A stretch of 64,000 bases of DNA from Minisyncoccota bacterium (GTDB lineage: Bacteria; Patescibacteriota; Minisyncoccia; Phycocordibacterales; UBA9973). The notes below the pieces were generated by a model. It did no database searches, was not told the origin of the DNA, and saw only the letters and a list, made by a program, of their open reading frames with translations. A program made the position numbers and the translations under genes. The stretch lies in NCBI GenBank assembly GCA_041663185.1, contig JBAZQY010000002.1, forward strand, positions 10,629 to 74,628. The letters run 5' to 3'. This document shows positions 31,183 through 40,353 of this stretch, piece by piece (position 1 is the first letter of the stretch; the number at the start of each line of letters is the position of its first letter).

Positions 31183-31734
31183 ATGAGTCCTAAATATTAT
31201 AAAGGATATAAGGTAGGATCTTTAGAAAAAGGATTACTTAAACTTATTTTGAATGTTAAAAATTGTGAATTACCAAACAAATATGATGAATCTTTCTCAG
31301 ATATTTTTAAAACAATTCGTCAAAAGATGGAGTATTCTAATACAACAAAAAGAATGATCAAAAAAGGTCTTCTAAGATATACAAATAAAAATGAAAATTT
31401 AGGTATTGTTTTGACTAACAAAGGAAAAGATTTGGCACGAAAATATTTATTAGAAGATATAAAACTAACTGAAAATCATAATTGGGATAACAAATGGAGA
31501 ATTGTAATGTTTGATATTCCTGAAAAAAAGAAAAAAATAAGAAACACCATAAGATTTCATCTAAAAAGAATAGGTTTTGTTCAAATACAGGGGAGTGTTT
31601 GGATATTTCCATATCCGTGTGAAGAGATAATAACTATCATAAAAAACAATTTTAATTTAGAAGATGAAATAATATATATTACTACAGAACAATTTGAAAA
31701 AGATTATCGATTAAAGAAAATATTTAGAATTTGA
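31183..31734 (+). CDS. wHTH plus PaaX-type Cas2-like domain protein
   Basis: LTNKGK wing; WDNKWRIVMFDIPEKKKKIRN...LKRIGFVQIQGSVWI; start moved to ATG 31183. Confidence 0.8.
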   Translation: MSPKYYKGYKVGSLEKGLLKLILNVKNCELPNKYDESFSDIFKTIRQKMEYSNTTKRMIKKGLLRYTNKNENLGIVLTNKGKDLARKYLLEDIKLTENHNWDNKWRIVMFDIPEKKKKIRNTIRFHLKRIGFVQIQGSVWIFPYPCEEIITIIKNNFNLEDEIIYITTEQFEKDYRLKKIFRI

Positions 31735-31776
31735 AATAAGTTATGAATTAACTAATTATTGTTTTATAAATAATAG

Positions 31777-31810
31777 TTACAATATATAAACGGCCGTTTA
31801 TATATTGTAA
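31777..31810. repeat. 34-bp perfect palindrome, downstream copy for PaaX-like gene 1
   Basis: TTACAATATATAAACGGCCGTTTATATATTGTAA. Confidence 0.9.
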
Positions 31811-31831
31811 TAAATTAAAGAAAATCAAGAA

Positions 31832-32133
31832 CTATTTTTCTCCTTTTAAAATTATTCTTTTCTCAAATCCACCCTTTCCCTTCAACTTCTTTAATTGAGT
31901 TTTTTCAACATCGCTAAATTTTGGCAATTTCTTCAAGGTCTCAATAACTTCCAATATATCAGCTAATTCTTCAATATTTTTGGCCTCTATAAATTCTTTT
32001 ATTTCTTCATCTAGTTTTTTGATTAATTCCTTTTTATATTTTTCATCATTCGCTATTTTTTTTCATAAGAAATACCTTTAGAATCTAAATATTCTGGTAT
32101 TTTATCTCTAACTAATTTGTTATATTTTTACAT
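31832..32133 (-). pseudogene. Disrupted MazG-superfamily (PRA-PH-like) NTP pyrophosphohydrolase
   Basis: M*KYNKLVRDKIPEY..., frameshift in A8 run, then EELADILEVI...KGGFEKRIIL; not in the ORF track. Confidence 0.78.
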
Positions 32134-32134
32134 C

Positions 32135-33892
32135 TTAATTTAATGTTTTTTCTGAAATTTCTTTTTTGAGTTTTTCTAGAAATTTTTCTATTTTGATATT
32201 TTCTAGTTTTTCAGTTCGCCCTTCAACGGTAATAGTATTACTCTCTTTTTCTTTATCACCGATAACTATTATGTAAGGTGTTTTTTGCATTTTGGCGTTG
32301 CGGATTTTTTTACCAAGAGATTCACTTGAATCATCCAGTTCTACTCTAATATTTTCTTCTTTTAATTTATTTAATATAACGCCAGCATATTCATTTTGTT
32401 TTTCACTAATAGGAGTAATGATAACTTGGACAGGGGAAAGCCAAAGGGGAAATGCTCCAGCGTATTGCTCTATCATAAAAGCGAAAGTTCTCTCTAAACA
32501 TCCTATTGCTGAGCGATGAATCATAACAGGTCTTTTCTTAGATCCATCTTCAGCAGTGTATTCAATATTAAATTTTTCCGGAAGAAGAAAATCAATTTGA
32601 GCAGTAAAAATGGTGTCTTCTTTTCCGTTTACATTTTTTATTTGGATATCTAATTTTGGCCCATAAAAAGCTGCTTCACCTTCTGCTTCCTCATAAACAA
32701 GGTTTATTTCATTTAGAGCTTCACTCATAAGTTTTTCAGCTTTTTCCCATAGATTATCATCTGCATAATATTTTTCTTTATCTTTTGGATCTCTTTTGGA
32801 AAATCGATAAGAGATAACTTCACTGAGTCCCAGGCCAATCATTCCTTCTTGAATCATTTTACAAACTTTTTTAAACTCATCTTTTAATTGTTCAGGAGTC
32901 ACAAAAAGATGTCCGTCAGTTAATTGGAATTTTCTAACCCGGATCATTCCCATTAATTCTCCTGATTTTTCATATCTATTATAGTCTGCAATTTCAGCAT
33001 ATCTGATTGGTAAATCTTTATAACTAATTGGCTTACGCATTACCATTTTAATATGATGTGGACAAGCCATCGGCCTAAGATAAAAAAGATCTCCATCCAT
33101 ATCTATCGGTGCATACATATTTTGTTTGAAATGAGAAAGATGCCCAGATGTTTGATAGAGTTTTTCTCCTCCTAAATATGGAGTTGAAACATGTTCATAC
33201 CCATATTTTATTTCAAGATCTCTCGTAAATTTTTCTAATTCATATTTAATTACTGTTCCTTTTGGTGTCCAAAGAGGAAGTCCTTTTCCAACTTCTTCAT
33301 CTATAAAGAAGAGATCTAGTTCTTTTCCAAGTTTTTTGTGGTCGCGATTTTTTGCCTCCTCTCGCATTTTTACATAATTATCAAGTTCTTCTTTTGTATC
33401 AAATGCTAATCCATAAATACGAGTAAGCATTTTATTTAATTCACTCCCTCGCCAGTAGGCGCCGGCCACTCGGTCAAGCTTAAATGAATCCACTTTTATT
33501 TCTTTTGCTGGATGCTCTACGTGTCCGCCACGGCAAAGATCTGTAAAATCACCACAGGTATAAAGAGTTATCTTTTCACCCCTTGAAACAATATCATCGA
33601 TTAGTTCTAACTTATACGTATTACCATTAAAATATTTTCTTGCTTCCTCAACACTTGCTTCTTTATGAGTAAATTCTTTCCATGAAGAAAGGTTTTTCTT
33701 CATGGTTTTTTCTAAGATTGCTAAATTTTCATCATTTATCTTATCTTCACCGAAATCGATGTCGTAATAAAAACCATTGTCTACCGCAGGACCTAGGGTT
33801 AATTGAGCCTTTGGATAGTGTTCCAGTGCTGATTGGGCTAAAAGATGAGCTAAGGTGTGTCGAATATTTGCTAAATGTTCGTTGTTTTCCAT
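32135..33892 (-). CDS. thrS: Threonine-tRNA ligase
   Basis: RHTLAHLLA, DLCRGGHV, AGAYWRG, RDHKKLG, AFYGPKLD. Confidence 0.96.
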   Translation of the reverse strand: MENNEHLANIRHTLAHLLAQSALEHYPKAQLTLGPAVDNGFYYDIDFGEDKINDENLAILEKTMKKNLSSWKEFTHKEASVEEARKYFNGNTYKLELIDDIVSRGEKITLYTCGDFTDLCRGGHVEHPAKEIKVDSFKLDRVAGAYWRGSELNKMLTRIYGLAFDTKEELDNYVKMREEAKNRDHKKLGKELDLFFIDEEVGKGLPLWTPKGTVIKYELEKFTRDLEIKYGYEHVSTPYLGGEKLYQTSGHLSHFKQNMYAPIDMDGDLFYLRPMACPHHIKMVMRKPISYKDLPIRYAEIADYNRYEKSGELMGMIRVRKFQLTDGHLFVTPEQLKDEFKKVCKMIQEGMIGLGLSEVISYRFSKRDPKDKEKYYADDNLWEKAEKLMSEALNEINLVYEEAEGEAAFYGPKLDIQIKNVNGKEDTIFTAQIDFLLPEKFNIEYTAEDGSKKRPVMIHRSAIGCLERTFAFMIEQYAGAFPLWLSPVQVIITPISEKQNEYAGVILNKLKEENIRVELDDSSESLGKKIRNAKMQKTPYIIVIGDKEKESNTITVEGRTEKLENIKIEKFLEKLKKEISEKTLN

Positions 33893-33982
33893 TTAAACAT
33901 CATATCATATTTATTGGAGGATAAAAATACTGTCTTTGGGATAATTATTTGCATTTTAACGGAAAATAGCTATACTATCTAT

Positions 33983-34198
33983 ATGGTAATACGAATGAGA
34001 CATACTCGTTCCCACACAGGGAACAGGAGATCACATCATGCTCTTAAAGCATCGGTTTTTACTACATGTACAAATTGTGGACAGAAAAAGGAAACCCATA
34101 TAATTTGTAAACACTGTGGTTTTTATCGTGGCCGTAAGGTTATTGATGTGGTTAAGAAAGTAGAGAAGAAACAGGCTAAAAAAAGTAGCAAGAAGTAA
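33983..34198 (+). CDS. rpmF: 50S ribosomal protein L32
   Basis: NRRSHHAL, CTNCG...HIICKHCGFYRGR; start ATG 33983. Confidence 0.92.
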   Translation: MVIRMRHTRSHTGNRRSHHALKASVFTTCTNCGQKKETHIICKHCGFYRGRKVIDVVKKVEKKQAKKSSKK

Positions 34199-34288
34199 GT
34201 AGTAGATAGTAAGGAATAAGTAGTAATATTATAAATTAGATTTGAATTGCTTACTACTTTCTACGTGCTACTTACTACGTAATTATTT

Positions 34289-35194
34289 ATGGCAAACAGG
34301 CACCTTTCACGTTCAATTGTTCTTCAAACACTCTTCGAGTGGGATTTTGCTGTTAATAAAGATTCATCTCCAGAAGAAATGCTTGAACGAAATATCGAGG
34401 AATTTGGACCTGGTCTTGATGACTCGGATTTTATGTCTGAGCTCTTTCTTGGCGTAGTAAAAAAGAGAACCATTATAGATGAAGTAATTGAAAAAGCGGC
34501 TCCTGATTGGCCAATAGATAAAATATCTATTGTTGACCGTAATATTCTTCGTATTGGTTTATATGAACTTTTATTTGGGGATAGAACTCAAGTTCCACCC
34601 AAAGTAGCTATTAACGAAGCGATTGAACTCGCCAAAAGTTTTGGCGGAGAGAATTCTGGAAAATTTATCAATGGAGTCTTGGGTGGCGTTTATAAAGAAA
34701 TAGGTGAACCTGGAAAAGATGATATCGGCAAAAAAAAGAATAAACATTTTGAAACCGATCCAGCTAAATTTCCAATTGAGAAAAAAGCCGGAGCTGTTGT
34801 TTATGCTTACAATAATAATGAAATATATTTTGCGTTCGTCCACGATGTTTTTGGTTACTGGACACTTTCAAAAGGAAGTATAGAAGAAGGCGAAAATGAA
34901 GAAGAAGGGGCAATTAGAGAGATAAAAGAAGAAATGGGTTTGGATATTAAAATAAAAGAATTACTTGGTCGCAATGAATATATTGCTTGTCATCCAGAAA
35001 AAGGGAAAATTAGAAAACAGGTAGTCTTTTTCTTGGCAGAGTCAGACTATACAGATATTGTTCTTGAGAAAGGCACTGGGGGGCTTGATGATGCGCGCTG
35101 GTTCCCACTAGGGGAGATTCCTAATTTGAAGATATATGAAAATATGGTTCCACTTTTAACCAAAGCGATAGAAATTCTTACAAAAAATAATTAA
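34289..35194 (+). CDS. nusB: NusB fused to a C-terminal NUDIX hydrolase domain
   Basis: DRNILR, KVAINEAIELAK, FINGVLG; then Nudix box KGSIEEGENEEEGAIREIKEEMG. Confidence 0.92.
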   Translation: MANRHLSRSIVLQTLFEWDFAVNKDSSPEEMLERNIEEFGPGLDDSDFMSELFLGVVKKRTIIDEVIEKAAPDWPIDKISIVDRNILRIGLYELLFGDRTQVPPKVAINEAIELAKSFGGENSGKFINGVLGGVYKEIGEPGKDDIGKKKNKHFETDPAKFPIEKKAGAVVYAYNNNEIYFAFVHDVFGYWTLSKGSIEEGENEEEGAIREIKEEMGLDIKIKELLGRNEYIACHPEKGKIRKQVVFFLAESDYTDIVLEKGTGGLDDARWFPLGEIPNLKIYENMVPLLTKAIEILTKNN

Positions 35195-35195
35195 T

Positions 35196-35891
35196 ATGAT
35201 AGACTTTTCACAATTCGAAAAAAAAACAAATATTATTTTTAATAATAAAAAGTTGCTTGAGCAGGCTTTTATTCATCGTTCCTATATCAATGAGAATAAT
35301 GGATCAAAATTGTGTCACAATGAAAGATTAGAATTCTTGGGAGATGCGGTTTTGGAACTTGTGGTGACTGATTATTTATATAATAAATATCCTGATAAAG
35401 ATGAAGGAGAACTCACTGCCTATCGGTCTTCTTTGGTGAATGCGGTGATTATTGGTGAAGTTGCCTCGAATCTTGGAATGAATGAATATTTGCTTCTGTC
35501 AAAAGGTGAAGCGAAAGATGTCGGCAAAGCTCGAAGTTATATTTTAGCCAATACCTATGAGGCCTATGTTGGAGCTGTCTATTTAGATCAAGGCTATAAA
35601 ATAGTAGAAAAATTTATAGCTGATTCTTTATTTGGGAAAATAGACGAAATTGTTGCAAATAAATTATGGCGCGATTCAAAAAGTTTGGTTCAAGAAAAAT
35701 CTCAGGAGTATTTAAATGTTACACCTTCTTATAAAGTTTTACATGAGACCGGACCAGATCATGATAAGCATTTTACAATTGGCATATTTTTTGGAAGTGA
35801 TTTGATCGCGGAAGGAAAAGGTAAATCTAAACAGGAAGCTGAACAATCTGCCGCCCATAAGGCATTAGAAGTTAAAGAATGGTTGGATTAA
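35196..35891 (+). CDS. rnc: Ribonuclease III
   Basis: NERLEFLGDAVL plus dsRBD (GKSKQEAEQSAA). Confidence 0.96.
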   Translation: MIDFSQFEKKTNIIFNNKKLLEQAFIHRSYINENNGSKLCHNERLEFLGDAVLELVVTDYLYNKYPDKDEGELTAYRSSLVNAVIIGEVASNLGMNEYLLLSKGEAKDVGKARSYILANTYEAYVGAVYLDQGYKIVEKFIADSLFGKIDEIVANKLWRDSKSLVQEKSQEYLNVTPSYKVLHETGPDHDKHFTIGIFFGSDLIAEGKGKSKQEAEQSAAHKALEVKEWLD

Positions 35892-35892
35892 A

Positions 35893-38166
35893 ATGACTTT
35901 TAAATCTATTGAACTTGTTGGGTTTAAATCATTCGGCAAAAAAAGTGTTGTGAATTTCACCACACCTATTACGGCTATCGTTGGCCCGAATGGTTCTGGC
36001 AAATCAAACATCGTCGAAGCAATTCGATTTGTGCTCGGCGAGCAATCAATGAAATCACTTCGTGGAAAGGGAGGAGTTGATCTTATTTTTAAGGGATCAA
36101 AGGCGTTATCTTCATCCTCACGTGCGCAAGTGGTGATTACATTTGATAATAAAGATAAGATTTTTTCTTTTACAAATAGTGGTTTAGGGGTGTCACTTGA
36201 TTATGATGAAATAATTATTGGTCGAGAAGTTTTTGCCGATGGGTCAAATAAGTATTCTATTAATCACACAGAAGTTCGTTTGAAAGATGTTGTTGACTTA
36301 CTTGCCTCAGTGAATATCGGAAGTTCTGGGCATCATATTATCTCTCAAGGCGAAGCTGATCGTGTTTTAAATGCCTCAAATAAAGAACGTAAAGGAATGA
36401 TTGAAGATGCTTTAGGCTTACGAGTTTATCAATACAGAATTAAAGAATCAGAACGAAAATTAGAAAAAACGCAATTGAATATAAAAGAAGTTCAAGCCCT
36501 ACGACGCGAGATTGCTCCTCACTTAGCGTTCTTAAAAAAACAGGTTCAAATTGTCGAACGGGCTAAGGGAATGAGAGAAGAATTACGAGAATTATATAGA
36601 GTCTATCTTTCTCAAGAAGGAACATATATTAGGACTGAGACAAAACGTCTTTCTGATTCGAAGCATTTACTTAAAGAAAAAGAAGCATCTCTGGGTTTGC
36701 GTATTGGAAAATTACAGAGTCAAAAAGCTGAGAATCAAGCTGAAAATATATACATAAAACAAATAAACGATAATGAAAATAGGGCCTTTTCTCTGCGTGA
36801 AAAAAAGAATGAATTAGTTCGTAAATTAGGAAGAATTGAAGGAATTGTTGAGGGGATTGAGAAACAATCTTCTTTGTTCAAGGAGGTTAAAAATAATGCA
36901 ATTAGTGAGAAAGAATTAAGAACTTTTATAGAAGACATTTCATCTCGTATTGATGAAGCCATAAAAATAGAAGATTTGCAAAACATAATCGAAACCTTAC
37001 AAAATCTAAAATTGTATGTGGTTGAGTTTTTTGATAATAAAGATAGTGGGGAAAATAAAAATATCTCTTTAGAAGAAAATCCCGAATATAAAGAGATGCA
37101 AAAAACAAAAAATGATATTTTAGATGAAATAGAAAAAATAAAAAAGGAAGAGGAAGAAATATTAAATGTAATTTCAGAATTAAAACAAAAAGAACAAAGA
37201 GGGCAAGAATCATATCGCGATAGTGAACGGGTATTATACGAACTCTTAGGAGAAAAAAATGAAGTTGTTTCTAATCTGCACTCGATTTCCTTTGAAGAAG
37301 AAAAACTTTCTCTAATTAAAAATGCTTTTGAGATGGAGCTTGCAGAAGCCGGGGTATTGATTGGTAGAGAAATTATTTCTTTTGCTGAAACTAAAGTAGA
37401 AGGAGAAATCAGTCGAACTTCTCAAGAAGAACTTCGACGTAAGATTGAACGAATAAAAATTAAAATTGAAGATGCGGGTAGTGGAAGTGGGGAAGAGGTG
37501 ATGAAAGAGTACGAGGAGACAACTGAGCGTGATGCCTTTTTAGCTAAAGAAATTGAAGATTTAAACAAAAGTATTAAAGATTGTGATATTTTGATTGAAG
37601 AATTAAGAGAAAAATTAGACACAGAATTTAAATCAGGTGTTGATAAAATAAATAAACAGTTCCAAGAATTTTTTGCTTTGATGTTTGGTGGGGGAGGAGC
37701 ATCACTTTCAATTACGATGGAATACAAGAAACCAAAGAAGGATGATGAATCTATCGCCGATGAAGAAGCAGGAGAAGAAAGTGATGAGGAGGAAAACGAT
37801 ATGAGTTTTGAAAGGGGGATAGAAATAAATGTAAATCTTCCGCACAAAAAAGTTAAAGACCTACACATGCTCTCAGGAGGAGAAAGGTCTCTAACCTCTA
37901 TCGCACTTTTGTTTGCGATTACCCAAGTCAACCCACCACCATTTTTAGTGTTGGATGAAACCGATGCCGCTCTTGATGAAGCTAATTCAAGAAAATATGG
38001 AAATATGCTTGAAAATCTTTCGAAATATTCTGAGCTTATCGTTGTTACTCACAATCGCGAGACGATGTCGCGAGCCCAAGTCCTCTATGGAGTGACAATG
38101 AGCGGGGAAGGTGTTTCCAAACTTCTCTCCATCCACCTCGAAGACGCAACCACCTACGCAAAATAA
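35893..38166 (+). CDS. smc: SMC-family ATPase, short form
   Basis: GFKSF, GPNGSGKSN, LSGGE, LDETDAALD; only 757 aa. Confidence 0.85.
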   Translation: MTFKSIELVGFKSFGKKSVVNFTTPITAIVGPNGSGKSNIVEAIRFVLGEQSMKSLRGKGGVDLIFKGSKALSSSSRAQVVITFDNKDKIFSFTNSGLGVSLDYDEIIIGREVFADGSNKYSINHTEVRLKDVVDLLASVNIGSSGHHIISQGEADRVLNASNKERKGMIEDALGLRVYQYRIKESERKLEKTQLNIKEVQALRREIAPHLAFLKKQVQIVERAKGMREELRELYRVYLSQEGTYIRTETKRLSDSKHLLKEKEASLGLRIGKLQSQKAENQAENIYIKQINDNENRAFSLREKKNELVRKLGRIEGIVEGIEKQSSLFKEVKNNAISEKELRTFIEDISSRIDEAIKIEDLQNIIETLQNLKLYVVEFFDNKDSGENKNISLEENPEYKEMQKTKNDILDEIEKIKKEEEEILNVISELKQKEQRGQESYRDSERVLYELLGEKNEVVSNLHSISFEEEKLSLIKNAFEMELAEAGVLIGREIISFAETKVEGEISRTSQEELRRKIERIKIKIEDAGSGSGEEVMKEYEETTERDAFLAKEIEDLNKSIKDCDILIEELREKLDTEFKSGVDKINKQFQEFFALMFGGGGASLSITMEYKKPKKDDESIADEEAGEESDEEENDMSFERGIEINVNLPHKKVKDLHMLSGGERSLTSIALLFAITQVNPPPFLVLDETDAALDEANSRKYGNMLENLSKYSELIVVTHNRETMSRAQVLYGVTMSGEGVSKLLSIHLEDATTYAK

Positions 38167-38187
38167 TATAAGAAATATTGAGTTAAT

Positions 38188-38220
38188 AAAAAAGACCGTC
38201 ATGATGTGGCGGTCTTTTTT
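38188..38220. terminator. Intrinsic terminator after smc
   Basis: AAAAAAGACCG...CGGTCTTTTTT. Confidence 0.75.
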
Positions 38221-38308
38221 ATTGGGAATATTTTTAAAACATTGACTCTATTTATAAACCATGATATAATTATGGAAAATTCATAACCAAATCAAAAAAT
38301 TTATAATT

Positions 38309-38698
38309 ATGAAAAAATATGTTCTTTTTACGTGCTTGTTGGTTATTTCTCTTTCTGTTTTTGGACAGACGAAAGAGCAATTAGCAGAAACGTTAAGGAA
38401 AAGAGGAGATTTTGATTCTCTTTTCTTAGTCACTGATTCACAAATGAGTGAAATTGAAAAAAATGCTTGGCGTTTTGCTCAGCAGATTGAGGAGTTCTGG
38501 CGTCCCCCTGAACATTCTTCACAACCTATTTATCTTACTGCAGATATCTTAGTAAATAGCAAGGTAGACAAGGGGAAACAAAAATCTCCATCAACGGCTC
38601 TAATAATTTTTGGCATCGTGGCATTATTTTCTCTTATCTTTGCTCCTGCGATTAAAATTAAATATTCACTTCGCAAGCCCAGACGAAGATTAATCTAA
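38309..38698 (+). CDS. Hypothetical protein with signal peptide and C-terminal TM
   Basis: 129-aa ORF with upstream TTGACT/TGATATAAT promoter and a downstream hairpin. Confidence 0.6.
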   Translation: MKKYVLFTCLLVISLSVFGQTKEQLAETLRKRGDFDSLFLVTDSQMSEIEKNAWRFAQQIEEFWRPPEHSSQPIYLTADILVNSKVDKGKQKSPSTALIIFGIVALFSLIFAPAIKIKYSLRKPRRRLI

Positions 38699-38704
38699 CT
38701 ATCT

Positions 38705-38745
38705 CTCCTGCTTTAGTAATTGTTGCTGAAGCAGGAGATTTTTTT
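38705..38745. terminator. Terminator between convergent genes
   Basis: TCTCCTGCTT...AAGCAGGAGA followed by T run. Confidence 0.7.
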
Positions 38746-38751
38746 ATCTAA

Positions 38752-40347
38752 TTATTTTAAAAACTCAGTTATGGTTAAGTCGGATTCTTTTATTAATTTT
38801 GCATTTTCAATTCCTACATAACGATAATGCCACGGTTCATATTTATAACCCGTAATATTTTCTTTGCCTTCTGGATAACTCTGAATGAAGCCATATAAGT
38901 AAGCATTTTCTTCAAGCCAATCATTTTCAGGTGTTTGACCAAAATTATCTGTGGAAGAAGAATAATTTATTGATGCGCCTGTTAAATCAACAGTTGTGCC
39001 TAATTGATGTTCTGAATATCCAGGTTTAGCGACAGAAATTAAAGCATCTTCGTTTTTCTTTACAGCTTCTTCAAATATAATTTTTTGAATTTCATAACTT
39101 CTGAAGCTAGAACTTGCTTTTATTGAAATACCATCTGTCTTAGCATCCTTGATCATTGATTCAAAAAAATCTTTTGCTTCTTTTATTAAACATAGATATT
39201 CTTTTGTACTTGATTCTTTATTTAGAATATTTAACTCATCAGGGATATATGTTGGATCGGGTAAACCAATTATTTGTCCAATGTTTAATAATCTCATATC
39301 GTCATAATCTTTTTTAGGAACTGGGCATCCTGTTTTTGTTATTTTTTCTACTTCTTTCACTTCTTCAACTAAAAATATTCCTTCTGGTTGGTATTGTTTG
39401 TTTAAGATAATTATTTTTTTATCAGTTTTGACTAAATTTTTTCCATCAAAAGTGGCTGAAAAAAGCATCCCTTGCATTGTGTCTTTTGAAAAATATTGAT
39501 CAAAAATAAAATTACCAAGTGAGTAAACGATTGTTTTTTCTTTGTATATTTCAATATCTTGCATAACATGAGGATGGTGTCCGATTATCATATCGGCGCC
39601 ATTATCTATTGCTTCATATGCGAGTTTTTCTTGACGTTTATTGTGGATAAGTTTGTACTCTTCTCCCCAATGGAAAGATACAATAAGCACATCGCATTTT
39701 AATTTAGCATTTTGAATGATATTTGGTAAATTGGGGTCACTAGCTAGAAGGATGCCAGAAATATCTAACTTTGCTTCCATCCAATTTGGTCCAACATCTG
39801 AAAATCCCAAGAAGCCGAATTTTATTCCATTTTTCTCTATGATAATTGGATTTTCAGCATCTTCTTTATTTATTCCTGCTCCTGTTTTTAAAATACCAGT
39901 TTCAGCTAATCTAGATAATGAATCTTTGAATGCACTCATATTCCAATCGCCGATATGATTATTTGCAAAAGAGACTATGTCAAAACCAGCCTCCTTTATA
40001 ACGGGAAGTATTTTTGGATCCATACGGAATGAATATTTGCTTCCTACATTATTTCCTTTATCTGAGACATCTCCTTCAAGATTTGCGAATAGAATGTCAG
40101 CTTCTTTTAGTTCTTTGAGATTTTCAAATAATTTACTATAGTCCCCACCGAAATTTTTATCGACTGAAGTTTTAACTCCACGAGTAAGCATCATGTCTCC
40201 GACGAAAAATAAAGTAGTTGTCTGGGGTTTCGTTTCTTCTGTGTTCTGGACAAGAGGATGTTCGTTGATGTTCTTTATTTTTAAAATAAAAAATAGAAGA
40301 AAAATGGAAAATAATATAATAATGAATTTAATTTTTTTATTTTTCAT
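38752..40347 (-). CDS. CapA-family metallophosphatase fused to VanY/M15B D,D-carboxypeptidase
   Basis: GDMML, ANLEG, ANNH, HWG, GHHPH, YSLGNF; then SSFRS, PGYSEHQLG, YEPWHYRYVG. Confidence 0.88.
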   Translation of the reverse strand: MKNKKIKFIIILFSIFLLFFILKIKNINEHPLVQNTEETKPQTTTLFFVGDMMLTRGVKTSVDKNFGGDYSKLFENLKELKEADILFANLEGDVSDKGNNVGSKYSFRMDPKILPVIKEAGFDIVSFANNHIGDWNMSAFKDSLSRLAETGILKTGAGINKEDAENPIIIEKNGIKFGFLGFSDVGPNWMEAKLDISGILLASDPNLPNIIQNAKLKCDVLIVSFHWGEEYKLIHNKRQEKLAYEAIDNGADMIIGHHPHVMQDIEIYKEKTIVYSLGNFIFDQYFSKDTMQGMLFSATFDGKNLVKTDKKIIILNKQYQPEGIFLVEEVKEVEKITKTGCPVPKKDYDDMRLLNIGQIIGLPDPTYIPDELNILNKESSTKEYLCLIKEAKDFFESMIKDAKTDGISIKASSSFRSYEIQKIIFEEAVKKNEDALISVAKPGYSEHQLGTTVDLTGASINYSSSTDNFGQTPENDWLEENAYLYGFIQSYPEGKENITGYKYEPWHYRYVGIENAKLIKESDLTITEFLK

Positions 40348-40353
40348 AATATA

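Noticed and set aside
31183-31734. CRISPR-Cas locus suggested by Cas2-like domains (also 62445-62936)
   Set aside because: No cas1, effector genes or repeat-spacer array in the window; only two repeat copies flank each gene
34194-34280. AGT/ACT-rich imperfect inverted repeat between rpmF and nusB
   Set aside because: Low complexity and many mismatches; cannot be told apart from an ordinary weak hairpin
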